Below are positions 51,063-61,923 of a DNA stretch of 64,000 nucleotides, piece after piece. The stretch covers positions 148,406 through 212,405 of the forward strand of contig JBMFNR010000002.1 of assembly GCA_049970055.1 (NCBI GenBank), read 5' to 3'. How positions within the stretch are numbered: position 1 is the first letter of the stretch; every line of letters starts with the position of its first letter. The stretch is from Fervidobacterium sp. (GTDB lineage: Bacteria; Thermotogota; Thermotogae; Thermotogales; Fervidobacteriaceae). The notes under the pieces were generated by a model that saw only the letters and a list, made by a program, of their open reading frames with translations, was not told the origin of the DNA and did no database searches. The position numbers were made by a program, and so were the translations under genes.

Positions 51063-51787
51063 AAAATAAATACGGTATACTCTACGTTATAGGTACACCA
51101 ATTGGAAACCTTAAGGACATAACTTTTCGGGCGGTAGAGGTACTAAGAGAAGTTGATTACATTCTTGCGGAAGATACGCGTAGAACCAAAATACTGTTAG
51201 GCCACTACGGTATTCAAAAACCTTTAGAGTCATTTAATGAGCATAATTCATACAAAAAGCTAGGTAAAGTAATTGAGCATTTGAAAAGTGGGAAAAAAAT
51301 CGCTCAAGTTTCAGATGCAGGTATGCCTGTTATTTCTGATCCCGGGTATAACCTTGTTGAAGCTTGCCATAAGAATGCCATACCAGTGGAGGTTGTGCCG
51401 GGCCCGAGTGCATTAACAAGCGCACTTGCTTTAAGTGGGTTCCAAGGAACTCACTTTTATTTTATTGGATTTATGCCAAAAGATAAGAATCGTAGAAGAC
51501 TTTTAAGAAAGATAGCTCAAGTCAAAGAATATGAATTAATTGATACGATCGTATTTTTCGAAAGTCCAGAAAGGCTCAGAAAAACTCTCGACGATATAAG
51601 AAGTATCATCGGAAATTGCCAAATCTTTATAGCGCGTGAACTGACAAAAGTACACGAAGAGTACTTTTACGGGATAATAGACAGTGCAATTGAAAAATTT
51701 ACTCAAGTGAAGGGCGAACTCACCATAATAGTAAAAATAAATGATTGCAATTCTCATAACAAAATAGATGGTGGTAACCGATGCTAA
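51050..51787 (+). CDS. rsmI: 16S rRNA C1402 2'-O-methyltransferase
   Basis: GTPIGNLKDIT, AEDTR, SDAGMPVISDPG, RELTK. Confidence 0.95.
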   Translation: MENLENKYGILYVIGTPIGNLKDITFRAVEVLREVDYILAEDTRRTKILLGHYGIQKPLESFNEHNSYKKLGKVIEHLKSGKKIAQVSDAGMPVISDPGYNLVEACHKNAIPVEVVPGPSALTSALALSGFQGTHFYFIGFMPKDKNRRRLLRKIAQVKEYELIDTIVFFESPERLRKTLDDIRSIIGNCQIFIARELTKVHEEYFYGIIDSAIEKFTQVKGELTIIVKINDCNSHNKIDGGNRC

Positions 51788-52317
51788 AAATTGAAAGTGG
51801 AGAATTAAAAGGCAAATTAATAAAAACAGTCCCTGATCCAAAGACTCGATATACTTCAGCAATTTTGAGAAGAAGTTTGACAAATATGGTTGATTTTTCT
51901 GGAAAAGTGTGCGCAGATATTTGCTGTGGAAGTGGTTCTGTAGGGTTTGAAATGCTAAGTAACGGCGCTAAAAGCGTTACTTTCGTCGATGCATCGAATA
52001 AAGCTATTACTACCGTTAAATTGAATGCAAAAGAATTAAAAGTCGAAAATAGAGTATTTTTTTACAGAGAGGATGTAAGGCGATTCTTGGAACGTTTCGA
52101 AGGTACATTTGACATTGTGTACTCCGATCCGCCGTATGAGCTGGGACTAGTTAATGAAATCGTGCAAAGAATACATATCGTAATGCACAGTGGTTCACTT
52201 TTTATTCTTCAGTGTTCAAAAAGAGAAATTCCAAACGAAAACGACTTGAAAAATATAAAAATAGTGAAAATAAAAGCATACGGAGATTCTTTTCTCATTT
52301 TTTTTGAAAGAATATGA
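51781..52317 (+). CDS. rsmD: RsmD-family methyltransferase
   Basis: DICCGSGSVGFEMLS.GA, DPPY. Confidence 0.85.
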   Translation: MLKIESGELKGKLIKTVPDPKTRYTSAILRRSLTNMVDFSGKVCADICCGSGSVGFEMLSNGAKSVTFVDASNKAITTVKLNAKELKVENRVFFYREDVRRFLERFEGTFDIVYSDPPYELGLVNEIVQRIHIVMHSGSLFILQCSKREIPNENDLKNIKIVKIKAYGDSFLIFFERI

Positions 52318-52371
52318 TATAATTTAACTGTATCCGAACGTTGAGCATAAAACACATGAGGGGTGGTGTAA

Positions 52372-53019
52372 GTGGCAATATCTTTTGCAAAAAAGGAAAA
52401 TGAGGTGATTCAAAAACTTATCGAGTTATCGAATAAAACTGTTGAAGCGACAGTGACTCTAAAGGAGTATTTTCTTTGTTATTTCTCTAAAGAGTGTGAT
52501 AAGAAAAAAGAGCTTTTTTTGCAGATTAAAAGAATTGAGCATGAATCGGACGAAATTAGACGATGGATTATATCCGAAACGTACAAAGGATTATTTTTAC
52601 CTGACATGAGAGAAGTCATCCACTCACTTGCTGAACAGATAGATAAGATAGTAAACAAATGTGAGTCGGTGAGTAAAATAATAGATTACCAACAACCAAA
52701 TGTACCGGAACCTTTGCAGGAAAAGATAATAGTCCAACTTAATTGCTCTGTAAATGCTGCAGATGCTTTTGCAAAATCAGTAGCTGAGCTGTTTAAGAAC
52801 ATCGATAATGTCAACGTGCTTATTTTAGAAGTTGAAAAGTCCGAACACGATGAAGATATGATCGAAGAGGTCTTGCTGAAGGAAGTATTTACCCTTAATT
52901 TGAACTTATCGGAAAAGATGCAACTTAAAGAGCTTATAATAAACATTGGTGATATAGTTGATAGAACGGAAGATGCTTCAGATATACTGGAGGTATTGTT
53001 ATTAAAACTCGCTTACTGA
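52372..53019 (+). CDS. DUF47 / PhoU-like phosphate transport regulator
   Basis: EHESDEIRR, FLPDMRE, EHDED, DIVDRTED. Confidence 0.85.
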   Translation: MAISFAKKENEVIQKLIELSNKTVEATVTLKEYFLCYFSKECDKKKELFLQIKRIEHESDEIRRWIISETYKGLFLPDMREVIHSLAEQIDKIVNKCESVSKIIDYQQPNVPEPLQEKIIVQLNCSVNAADAFAKSVAELFKNIDNVNVLILEVEKSEHDEDMIEEVLLKEVFTLNLNLSEKMQLKELIINIGDIVDRTEDASDILEVLLLKLAY

Positions 53020-54005
53020 TCTTTATTTATATCTTCTTGAGTTCCCTAGGCTCGCAACTTTTTGCTGCGGAATTCTATGTCTATTACAACAACGGAATAC
53101 CGATATATAGATCAACGTATGAAATAAAACCATTTTTCGAATTTACGAGTATAGCAAAGTCTTCATGGGAAATGCCAAAAGCTCAATTAATAAAAATAAG
53201 GAGCGGGAAAGTCCCTATTGTACTTGTTCATGGTATAGACCCAATGGAAATTTACGGAGTGTGGACCGATTACAAAAAAAAGTTTATTGAGGCTTGGAAA
53301 AGACTTTTACCAAATAATTTTGCTTTGTATATTTTCATTTATCCTTCCTTGGATGTACCTATTGAAGATAGTGCCGAAATTTTTTTTGAAGAAGTGTCGA
53401 AGTTGGAAGGAAAAGTGAATATATATGCTCACAGTATGGGCGGAATTTTATTGAGATATGCGCTTCAAAGAGAAGAACTTGTCAAAAAAATAAGCAAAAT
53501 TATATTTGCTGGAACACCACATATTGGATCACCACTTGCAAATTTTGTTGTAGCAGATAAAGACATTTTAAAACTTAGAAGCGACTGGGAATTTATAAAA
53601 ACGGTATTGCTAATAGCCAACGTATCTGGTGGTTTTACTCAAGCTCCCAATTACAAATATATCTCGATTGGTTTTGAAAATCCACAGATACCTGAAAATG
53701 TACATTTTGTAAATTTCGCTGCGCGAATCAAGAACGATGCGGCTACAACTGTTTCAAATTTGTTAAATACCGAGTTCTTTACGAGTTTTGGTTTGGAATC
53801 TCTAAATAGGGTAACGAAAATACTTTACCCACCAAATTCGGAGTTTGTAGAGAACGATGGAATGGTGCCTTTGTCGAGTGCGATCTACTTCGGAAATGCA
53901 AAAATTTTTGATGGATATGATCATTCAGACCTTGCATATTATGATATAATCGTAAATGAAGCGGTAAAAGAATTTTCTCTTACGGAGGTGACCGAACAGC
54001 AATGA
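53001..54005 (+). CDS. Secreted alpha/beta hydrolase (lipase/esterase-like); start uncertain
   Basis: VLVHG, AHSMGG, GTPHIGS, NDGMVP, DH. The in-frame signal peptide extends back to ATT 53001. Confidence 0.8.
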   Translation: MKTRLLIFIYIFLSSLGSQLFAAEFYVYYNNGIPIYRSTYEIKPFFEFTSIAKSSWEMPKAQLIKIRSGKVPIVLVHGIDPMEIYGVWTDYKKKFIEAWKRLLPNNFALYIFIYPSLDVPIEDSAEIFFEEVSKLEGKVNIYAHSMGGILLRYALQREELVKKISKIIFAGTPHIGSPLANFVVADKDILKLRSDWEFIKTVLLIANVSGGFTQAPNYKYISIGFENPQIPENVHFVNFAARIKNDAATTVSNLLNTEFFTSFGLESLNRVTKILYPPNSEFVENDGMVPLSSAIYFGNAKIFDGYDHSDLAYYDIIVNEAVKEFSLTEVTEQQ

Positions 54006-54532
54006 ACCTAGAAACAAAGTTAAAAACGAATTTCAAGAAGAAACTTTATGGAAAGATTTCCTACGTTTACATGGTAGTGTTTTTATTAACACTAGGAGTG
54101 TATTCATGTTCTATTCCTTTCATGCCCGAGGTACCGCCATCAAGTTACTCAACACAAGCAGCGATAAATGTACTCTCTAATAAATACAACTTGTTGGATT
54201 CAGGTGATATAAATGGCTTTGGCGATATTTACCTTGGAGACGGAAAGTATTCGATTTTTGATGGCGTGGATGGAATGTTAATGGTTTTTCGCTACGATGA
54301 GCCAGAAAGTGCCAAAGAAAATTGGGAGAAAGTGACTAAAAAATATGGGAATCCATTTAAAATGAAATATTTTAAAGTGAATATGGGCGTTTACGGTTTG
54401 TTCACAATAAGGCTTGATAAAACGGATCTGTATATTTGGTATAAAGATAATTGGTTGATAGTTATCACTGGTGATGGCATATCGAATTTTGTTCAAGATG
54501 TCAACGAGATATATAAAACTTTAAAGAGGTAA
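54002..54532 (+). CDS. Hypothetical lipoprotein
   Basis: Hydrophobic stretch then VYSC lipobox-like motif. Confidence 0.6.
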   Translation: MNLETKLKTNFKKKLYGKISYVYMVVFLLTLGVYSCSIPFMPEVPPSSYSTQAAINVLSNKYNLLDSGDINGFGDIYLGDGKYSIFDGVDGMLMVFRYDEPESAKENWEKVTKKYGNPFKMKYFKVNMGVYGLFTIRLDKTDLYIWYKDNWLIVITGDGISNFVQDVNEIYKTLKR

Positions 54533-54536
54533 GAAT

Positions 54537-55253
54537 ATGAGCTTTCGTAATATAGATTATTCAATCATAGGAGTTGATGAAGCTGGTAGAGGACCTATAT
54601 TTGGTCCCGTAGTTGCAGCAGCAGTTTATTTTGACGAAGATCTCTTCATAGAAGGAATAAACGATAGTAAGCAGCTAACCGAAGCGAAAAGGGAGGAACT
54701 TTACGAAAAGATATTTTTAAGTGCAAAATTTGGAATTGGCATAGCTACTGTTGAAGAGATAGATTTGTACAACATACTTCATGCTACAGAGTTAGCAATG
54801 AATCGTGCACTTGATATACTTTCCCAATATGTAGAGATCAAAAACGTGTTTATAGATGGTAAAAATTTAAAACTCAAGTATCCATCAACGTGTATTGTAA
54901 AAGGCGATGAAAAAATATATCAAATATCAGCTGCTTCTATTTTAGCAAAGGTAACAAGAGATAGAATAATGGAAAAATTCGATAAACAACTGCCGGAATA
55001 TAATTTGGCGAAACACAAAGGTTATCCAACGCCAGAGCACATAGACTCTCTTAAAAAATATGGTCCCACGCCGTATCATAGGATTACATTTGAACCAGTG
55101 TCTCAGCTTATAAGTAGAGAGCTTGCAGATAATTGGTTAAAAAACAACCTTATTTCTGAGCAAAGATACAAAGTTCTTTTGAAATACACGGAGGTGGATT
55201 TGTTTGGCAACAAACGAAGCAGCGCAAAAAGGAGTTCAAAATCCAGAATCTAG
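54537..55253 (+). CDS. rnhB: Ribonuclease HII
   Basis: [29 protein letters not shown]. Confidence 0.95.
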   Translation: MSFRNIDYSIIGVDEAGRGPIFGPVVAAAVYFDEDLFIEGINDSKQLTEAKREELYEKIFLSAKFGIGIATVEEIDLYNILHATELAMNRALDILSQYVEIKNVFIDGKNLKLKYPSTCIVKGDEKIYQISAASILAKVTRDRIMEKFDKQLPEYNLAKHKGYPTPEHIDSLKKYGPTPYHRITFEPVSQLISRELADNWLKNNLISEQRYKVLLKYTEVDLFGNKRSSAKRSSKSRI

Positions 55254-55959
55254 CCCAGAAGTTAATCAAGATTTGTCGAGATTTGAGAAAAATATTTTAG
55301 ATAGAGGTTTCGTTAGATTAGTCGATATGATGGGTGACGATTATTCTGCAGTTAAAGCAGCTCGTGTTTCTTATGGTCAAGGGCTTAAAACTCCCGAAAG
55401 AGATAAAGCACTGATAATGTACTTAATGGAGCATGGTCACGAAACCCCGTTTGAACATATCGTTTTTACATTCCATGTCAAAGCTCCACTTTTTGTTGCG
55501 CGACAATGGTTTAGACACAGAATAGGGTCTTTCAATGAAATAAGCCAGAGATACACTGAGATAAAAGAAGAAGAGTTTTACATTCCTACAAATATACGTG
55601 TTAATATACCTGAAGACAGGCAAAAAGCTATTGAGATAGACGATGAGGAATTGTTAAGAAAAGTACAGTATAAAATGGAGAATATCTTTGAAGAAACTTA
55701 CAAAGTCTACAAAGAACTTCTTCAAGAAGGAATCGCTCGTGAATTAGCGAGAATTGTTCTACCACTTGCAACATATACCCAATTTTATTGGACGGTCAAC
55801 GCGAGAAGTTTGATGAACTTTCTAAACTTACGTGCAGATTCCCATGCTCAATGGGAAATACAACAATACGCCCTAGCAATAGCTGAAATATTCAAAGAAA
55901 AATGTCCATGGAGTTATGAAGCATTTGTAAATTATGCTTACAGGGGTGATTTATTGTGA
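55204..55959 (+). CDS. thyX: Flavin-dependent thymidylate synthase
   Basis: [36 protein letters not shown]. Confidence 0.96.
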   Translation: MATNEAAQKGVQNPESSPEVNQDLSRFEKNILDRGFVRLVDMMGDDYSAVKAARVSYGQGLKTPERDKALIMYLMEHGHETPFEHIVFTFHVKAPLFVARQWFRHRIGSFNEISQRYTEIKEEEFYIPTNIRVNIPEDRQKAIEIDDEELLRKVQYKMENIFEETYKVYKELLQEGIARELARIVLPLATYTQFYWTVNARSLMNFLNLRADSHAQWEIQQYALAIAEIFKEKCPWSYEAFVNYAYRGDLL

Positions 55960-56312
55960 AGTTGAAAGACCTACTCCAATTAGTTGAAGGTGAAATTGTT
56001 GTTGATAATGGTGTGAATATTGATGATATAAAAATTGAAAAAGTTGCTGCATCTGATTTGATGAGCGATGTACTTGCACTTTCTGAGCCGGGGTCTCTGC
56101 TTGTGACAGGTTTGGCTACACCTCAGTGTGTTCGGACAGCGGGTGTAGTTGGAATTCCGGTCGTTTTAGTTGTTAGAAACAGAGAGATAATGCCTGAAAC
56201 AAAAAGAGCTGCAGAAATGAGCGGTGTAATTTTGTGTGTTACTAAAAAAGGGATGTACGAAGTCTGTGGACTACTCTACATTGCTGGGTTACAGCCCGTA
56301 TATGGTCAATAA
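55956..56312 (+). CDS. DRTGG-domain protein
   Basis: [15 protein letters not shown]. Confidence 0.8.
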   Translation: MKLKDLLQLVEGEIVVDNGVNIDDIKIEKVAASDLMSDVLALSEPGSLLVTGLATPQCVRTAGVVGIPVVLVVRNREIMPETKRAAEMSGVILCVTKKGMYEVCGLLYIAGLQPVYGQ

Positions 56313-56328
56313 AAAAGGGGTGTTATGA

Positions 56329-57147
56329 ATGATAATTAACGTTGAACCACTGTATTCTGCTATTGTTAATGATATAAAAGAAAGAATTTTCAAACTCTCA
56401 AAAACACCCAAGCTGGCAGCGGTTACTTGTCAGCCCGATCCTTCTACACTTACATATTTAAAGAGCCAGGAGAAGCAAGCAAAACGACTTGGGATCGAAT
56501 TCGCTGTATACGAGGCGCCGAGGGCATCGGATTTAAAAATCCTCTTACCAAAGTTATCATCAGATAGTTCGGTGCATGGAATTTTTGTTACTCACCCACT
56601 TCCATCTGATATTTCTGAGCTTGAAGCAGTATCACTAATATCAGCTGAAAAAGATATCGAAGGGAGACACCCGTTTAACTTGGGAAGCATTGCATACGAC
56701 AAACCAATATTTCCCCCTTGTACTGCAGAAGCTGTTCTAAGAATAATAAATTACTTGACAAATCCGTTTGGGAAAAAAATAGCCATTATTGGTAGAAGTG
56801 TTACAGTTGGAAAACCACTTGCCTTGTTATTGCTCCAAAAAGGGGTAGATGCAACTGTAACAGTTTGTCATTCAAAAACGAAGGACATTAAAGAAATAAC
56901 CCAGAACGCAGATATAGTTGTAGTGGCCATTGGAAAAGCGAAGATGTTTGATAAAAGTTACTTCAAACCTGGTACAATAGTAATTGATGTTGGGATCAAC
57001 GTTGAAAATGATGAAATAGTTGGGGATGTTGAACCGTCGGTGAGTGAAATATGTGATTTAACGCCAGTGCCGGGGGGTGTTGGAAAGATAACGACACTTG
57101 TTTTAATGGAACATACCGTTAAAGCAGCTGAAATACAGCTAAGGTAA
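56329..57147 (+). CDS. folD: Methylene-THF dehydrogenase/cyclohydrolase
   Basis: KDIEG, PCTA, GRSVTVGKP, DVGIN, TPVPGGVG. Confidence 0.93.
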   Translation: MIINVEPLYSAIVNDIKERIFKLSKTPKLAAVTCQPDPSTLTYLKSQEKQAKRLGIEFAVYEAPRASDLKILLPKLSSDSSVHGIFVTHPLPSDISELEAVSLISAEKDIEGRHPFNLGSIAYDKPIFPPCTAEAVLRIINYLTNPFGKKIAIIGRSVTVGKPLALLLLQKGVDATVTVCHSKTKDIKEITQNADIVVVAIGKAKMFDKSYFKPGTIVIDVGINVENDEIVGDVEPSVSEICDLTPVPGGVGKITTLVLMEHTVKAAEIQLR

Positions 57148-57183
57148 CATTTTCTTAAATAGAAAACTAAGGAGGTATTCAAC

Positions 57184-57555
57184 ATGAGGATGATTTTTGC
57201 GGGAGCTCCAGATGCAGGTGCAACTACAGGAACAACAGCAGCAACGAGTAGCTCGGGAGCATTTATGCAGATGCTCATAATGCTTCTCATATTTTTTGCG
57301 ATGATGTACTTTTTAGTGATACTTCCACAGAGAAGAAGAGAGAAAGAATACAAACAGATGATTGAAAACCTCAAAAGAGGTGACACAATAATAACAACGG
57401 GCGGAATTGTTGGTAAAATTGTTGATATCAAGAAAGATACAATAAAGATAAAAAGTTCAAATTCTACGGAACTTGAAATCCACAAAGCGTACATAGCAAA
57501 GATTGTAAAAGAAAAAGAAGATGCCAAGGAAGAAAATGGAGATTCCAAAGAATAA
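57184..57555 (+). CDS. yajC: Preprotein translocase subunit YajC
   Basis: YF..LPQ, LKRGD.IITTGGIVG; precedes secDF. Confidence 0.92.
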   Translation: MRMIFAGAPDAGATTGTTAATSSSGAFMQMLIMLLIFFAMMYFLVILPQRRREKEYKQMIENLKRGDTIITTGGIVGKIVDIKKDTIKIKSSNSTELEIHKAYIAKIVKEKEDAKEENGDSKE

Positions 57556-57578
57556 GTACTCAAAGGGAGGGTTACGGT

Positions 57579-59003
57579 ATGCGAAGCGATCGTGTAAGGC
57601 TCATAATTTCAATGATACTACTAGTCGCGGCTATTGTTGCGATGTTTTTACCAGGGGGACGACCTGCAACAGGTATTGCTAGGTTTTTCAGTAGAATTAA
57701 GCTTGGTTTGGATCTTAGTGGTGGGGTTAGACTTGAGTACCGTGTTGATATTGATAAAAGTGCGGAAAATCCGAGTGCTGTAGTTGATGATGTTTGGACG
57801 GTTCTTAGGAATAGACTTGACTCCGCTGGTTACACAGAAGCATTCGTCAAGAAAAGTTTCAGGGAGAACAATTCTTTTATAATAGTTGAGATTCCTAATG
57901 CGACAAATACAACAGTGGCGGAAAAATTGGTTGGCTCAACAGGATTACTGTGGTTTGGTCAAGCTATTGATGAAAGAGATTACGACCCGAATACTAATTC
58001 CGATGATATAAATCTTGCCACAAGAGAAGGTGCGCAATGGTACCAAGATAAAGACGGTAAAAAATGGTATCTTATAAAAAAGGAAATCAACAATAGAAAA
58101 GACTTAGTTTTGGTAGGTCCAAAGATTTCTGAGGCGATACCGACAATTGATCAGAAAGGTGTTGCAAATTATGTTGTATCATTCACACTTGCAAGAGAAT
58201 ATGTTGAAGTATTTAAAAACATAACAAAAGAACTATACGTCCCGGAGCAAATTTTGAACAGCGGTACTACACAATATCAGATAGCACTTAAGAAAAGGCT
58301 TGCAATTATTCTTGATGACAAAGTTCAATTTGTTGGATTTGTTGTAAGTCCAATTGAGGATGGAAAAGGACAAATTAGAGGAAATTTCACCTTTGATCAG
58401 GCAAAAGAACTTGCTGCGATATTGAGAAGCGGTGCACTCCCTGCAAGACTTGAAAAAACATCAGCAAGCTTGGTTTCGCCATTACTCGGTAAAGACGTAT
58501 TGCAGCAATCTCTTAATGCAGGTATAATTGGTGCGATATTAGTAATGGCTTACATGATAGCGTTTTATGGTGTAATGGGTATAGTAGCGGTTATTGGGAT
58601 GTTCTATGCGCTTATAATTATTTTTGGATTTCTGGCAGGTACGGGTGCAATACTCACACTTCCTGGTATTGCGGGTATCATCTTCACCATTGGTACATTA
58701 GTCGATGGTAACGTTGTTATCTACGAGCGAATTAAGGAGGAAATGAGAAGTGGTAAAACTGCAAAGACATCCATAGATATAGCATTTTCAAAATCTTTCT
58801 GGACGCTTTTTGATGCGAACTTAACGACAATAATCGCTGCATTATTCCTTTACTACTTTGGTACGGGAACCATAAGAGGCTTTGCGATAACAACGATCGT
58901 TGGTATATTCTCGGCAATGTTCATGAACCTTGTGTTCAGTAAATTCTTACTTGACGCATTGGCTGGAGCAATCAGAGTGAGAAAGACAGGGGGTGCACGA
59001 TAA
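57579..59003 (+). CDS. secD: Protein translocase subunit SecD
   Basis: LGLDLSGG, LRSGALP, LTLPGIAG, VDGNVVIYERIKEE. Confidence 0.95.
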   Translation: MRSDRVRLIISMILLVAAIVAMFLPGGRPATGIARFFSRIKLGLDLSGGVRLEYRVDIDKSAENPSAVVDDVWTVLRNRLDSAGYTEAFVKKSFRENNSFIIVEIPNATNTTVAEKLVGSTGLLWFGQAIDERDYDPNTNSDDINLATREGAQWYQDKDGKKWYLIKKEINNRKDLVLVGPKISEAIPTIDQKGVANYVVSFTLAREYVEVFKNITKELYVPEQILNSGTTQYQIALKKRLAIILDDKVQFVGFVVSPIEDGKGQIRGNFTFDQAKELAAILRSGALPARLEKTSASLVSPLLGKDVLQQSLNAGIIGAILVMAYMIAFYGVMGIVAVIGMFYALIIIFGFLAGTGAILTLPGIAGIIFTIGTLVDGNVVIYERIKEEMRSGKTAKTSIDIAFSKSFWTLFDANLTTIIAALFLYYFGTGTIRGFAITTIVGIFSAMFMNLVFSKFLLDALAGAIRVRKTGGAR

Positions 59004-59899
59004 TGAAAATTGATTTTGTCGGGAAACGATATTTCTTTATAACCCTATCTGTTGTGCTTGTTGTTATTTCTTTGATTAGTTTCTTTACCAAAGGTTTCAA
59101 CTTTGGACTTGAATTCATTGGCGGGAGTGAAATCGTTGTTAAAACAGCCCAGAATATGACACTTGCTGAGGTTAGACAAAAAATTGCTCCTCTTGGTAAA
59201 GAATTTGAAAATGCAAGAATTTTAGAAGTACAAGCGCTTGGTCAACAAGGAGAAAGAAACTTCTCAATTGTAGTTTCACCAAAAGACGAAAAAGGTAACC
59301 TGAGAGTATACAAGCCTGATGAAAAGTCAGAAATTTCTACTAAAGTTGAGCAAGCTCTTAACGCAAAAGTAGTGACATTTAACGAAGTTAGTGGAGATGC
59401 AGCAAATGAAATTAAGAACCTCACCTGGAAAGCCATAGTGTTTACACTCTTGGGTATACTTGTGTATGTTGCGCTGAGGTTTAAATTCGCATTCGGTGTT
59501 GGCGCAATACTTGCTCTTATACATGATGTTGTGATAACTATGGGATTTTATTCCATCTTTGGTGTTGAGATGAATATAGCTGCAGTTGCGGCACTTCTAA
59601 CGCTCGTTGGCTATTCAGTTAACGATACGATAATTGTATTTGACAGGATAAGGGAATTCGGTAGAAAATACAAAGGAAAGGATATGGCAACGATTGTTAA
59701 CGATAGTATAAATTCTGTGATAATCAGAACGATCAACACATCATTAACGACTTTCTTTACGGTATTAATGCTCTTACTCTTCTCGACAGGTAGCATCAAA
59801 TCCTTTGCGTTTGGTATGACGATAGGTGTTGTAGTTGGTACTTATTCATCGATATTCATAGCTTCACCGATAGTTGTCAAGTGGGTCAAATCAATCTAA
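59003..59899 (+). CDS. secF: Protein translocase subunit SecF
   Basis: GLEFIGG, HDV, GYSVNDTIIVFDRIRE, GTYSSIFIA. Confidence 0.95.
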   Translation: MKIDFVGKRYFFITLSVVLVVISLISFFTKGFNFGLEFIGGSEIVVKTAQNMTLAEVRQKIAPLGKEFENARILEVQALGQQGERNFSIVVSPKDEKGNLRVYKPDEKSEISTKVEQALNAKVVTFNEVSGDAANEIKNLTWKAIVFTLLGILVYVALRFKFAFGVGAILALIHDVVITMGFYSIFGVEMNIAAVAALLTLVGYSVNDTIIVFDRIREFGRKYKGKDMATIVNDSINSVIIRTINTSLTTFFTVLMLLLFSTGSIKSFAFGMTIGVVVGTYSSIFIASPIVVKWVKSI

Positions 59900-59907
59900 G
59901 TTTATCG

Positions 59908-59940
59908 AAAAAATCGGGGACCCACGTCCCCGATTTTTTT
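59908..59940 (+). terminator. Intrinsic terminator after secF
   Basis: AAAAAATCGGGGAC-ccac-GTCCCCGATTTTTT. Confidence 0.8.
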
Positions 59941-59973
59941 AACGACCGAAATTAGGCAAAGGAGGGCGGGATT

Positions 59974-61923
59974 TTGATATTACCATTCTCTTCGGTAATT
60001 ATAGGTGCTATTTTGATAATTTATCTCACACTTAACGTTCTTGACAAAAGTTCAGGAAATGAGAGGACGGAGAAGATATCAAAAATCATACAAATCGGTG
60101 CACGATCGTTTTTATTCCAAGAATACGCAGTATTTTTTCCGATAGTTGGAGTATTAGCCGTACTGTTTGGATTCACAACAGGATACAAAGAAGCTGCATC
60201 ATTCATAATTGGATCGTTTTTTTCTGTAATGGCAGGCTTTTTTGGGATGATGATAGCAACAAAATCAAACGCGCGTACGGCTTGGGGAGCTATAAAAGGT
60301 GTTGGCGAAGCACTCGATATCGCTTTCTCTGGTGGAGCAGTGATGGGGCTCACAGTATCTGTACTCGGTCTTTTTGGACTAAGTGTAGTTTACATACTTT
60401 TTGGACTACAAGCAGTTAGCTATTATTCTCTTGGGGCATCGTTTGTGGCACTTTTTGCAAGGGTCGGTGGAGGTATCTACACAAAAGCAGCAGATGTGGG
60501 CGCAGATATAGTTGGAAAGGTAGAGGCAAACTTGCCAGAAGATGACCCGAGAAACCCTGCTGTTATTGCAGACAATGTTGGGGACAACGTTGGTGATGTT
60601 GCTGGAATGGGTGCCGACCTTTACGAATCGTACGTTGGTTCAATTTTTTCAGGTATTGCCATTGGGTATCTATTGTTTGGTGACAAAGGAATACTAAATA
60701 CTCTATACGTAGTTTCGTTTGGTTTAATAGCGTCTATAATTGCCATTATATTTGTTAAAGTTATGTCGAAAATGAATGTTGAGCCTGCTTTGACATTGCG
60801 AAGTGGAACTATTACTTCAAGTGTGATATTCCTGGTACTTTCTCTCGCGTATTCTATAATCGAAAAAAATCTTAACCTTTTCTGGGTTGTTTTAATTGGC
60901 AATGTTGTGGGTGTTTTTATAGGCCTTATAACTGAATGGTACACTTCAGGAAAGAAAGTTGAAAAACTCGCACATTCTGCTGCAATGGGGCCGGCTAATG
61001 TTATCATCAGTGGTACTGCACTCGGTATGGAGTCCACCGCCGTTATTACGATTTTAATTGCGGTTGGTACACTTTTAGCATACAAGATTTCGGAGCTTTA
61101 TGGCATTGCGATGGCAGGAGTTGGCATGCTTGCAACACTTGCAATGAACTTGTCGGTAGATGCTTACGGGCCTATTGCGGATAATGCTGGTGGCGTTGCA
61201 GAAATGTCTGGGCTTGACAAGAGTGTGCGCAGTATAACAGATAAGTTGGACGCTCTTGGAAATACGACGGCAGCGATGGGAAAGGGTTTCGCAATAGGTT
61301 CAGCAGCACTTACCGCAATAGCCCTATTTGCAAATTTTGGATCAACAGCCCATATTCAAGAATTACATTTACAAGATCCAAAAATGTTTATCGGTGCGCT
61401 TATTGGTGCAATGCTTACATTTTTCTTCTCAGCGCTCACCATGAATGCAGTTGGTGATGCCGCAAACGATATGGTGGAAGAAATAAGAAGACAGATTAAA
61501 GAAATTCCTGGAATACTCTTGGGCAGCGCGGAACCTGACTATCAAAGTTGTATAAAAATAGCGACCAAGGGAGCACTTAAGCGAATGGTTGTTCCATCTG
61601 TTTTGGCGATACTTTCTCCAATAATACTTATGATTGGTCTTGGAGTACAATCAGTTGCAGGTTTATTAATTGGTGCAACAGTGACCGGAGTCTCACTCGC
61701 AATATTTATGGCAAATTCCGGTGGTGCATGGGATAATGCAAAAAAATACGTTGAAGAAGGACATCTTGGAGGGAAAGGATCATTTGCCCACAAAGCAACA
61801 GTGGTTGGAGACACCGTTGGAGACCCCTACAAAGACACAGCAGGTCCTTCATTGAACATATTGATAAAATTGATGGCAATAACATCTATAGTATTTTATT
61901 CAATCGTAGGGAGGTGGTTGTGA
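59974..61923 (+). CDS. hppA: Membrane ion-translocating pyrophosphatase (K+-dependent type)
   Basis: DVGADIVGKVE, EDDPRNP, DNVGDNVGD, GNTTAA, GDTVGDPYKD. Confidence 0.95.
   Translation: MILPFSSVIIGAILIIYLTLNVLDKSSGNERTEKISKIIQIGARSFLFQEYAVFFPIVGVLAVLFGFTTGYKEAASFIIGSFFSVMAGFFGMMIATKSNARTAWGAIKGVGEALDIAFSGGAVMGLTVSVLGLFGLSVVYILFGLQAVSYYSLGASFVALFARVGGGIYTKAADVGADIVGKVEANLPEDDPRNPAVIADNVGDNVGDVAGMGADLYESYVGSIFSGIAIGYLLFGDKGILNTLYVVSFGLIASIIAIIFVKVMSKMNVEPALTLRSGTITSSVIFLVLSLAYSIIEKNLNLFWVVLIGNVVGVFIGLITEWYTSGKKVEKLAHSAAMGPANVIISGTALGMESTAVITILIAVGTLLAYKISELYGIAMAGVGMLATLAMNLSVDAYGPIADNAGGVAEMSGLDKSVRSITDKLDALGNTTAAMGKGFAIGSAALTAIALFANFGSTAHIQELHLQDPKMFIGALIGAMLTFFFSALTMNAVGDAANDMVEEIRRQIKEIPGILLGSAEPDYQSCIKIATKGALKRMVVPSVLAILSPIILMIGLGVQSVAGLLIGATVTGVSLAIFMANSGGAWDNAKKYVEEGHLGGKGSFAHKATVVGDTVGDPYKDTAGPSLNILIKLMAITSIVFYSIVGRWL

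Noticed and set aside
56958..57563. 201-aa minus-strand ORF and the many other antisense ORFs in the track
   Set aside because: They overlap well-supported genes (here folD/yajC) on the opposite strand; shadow ORFs
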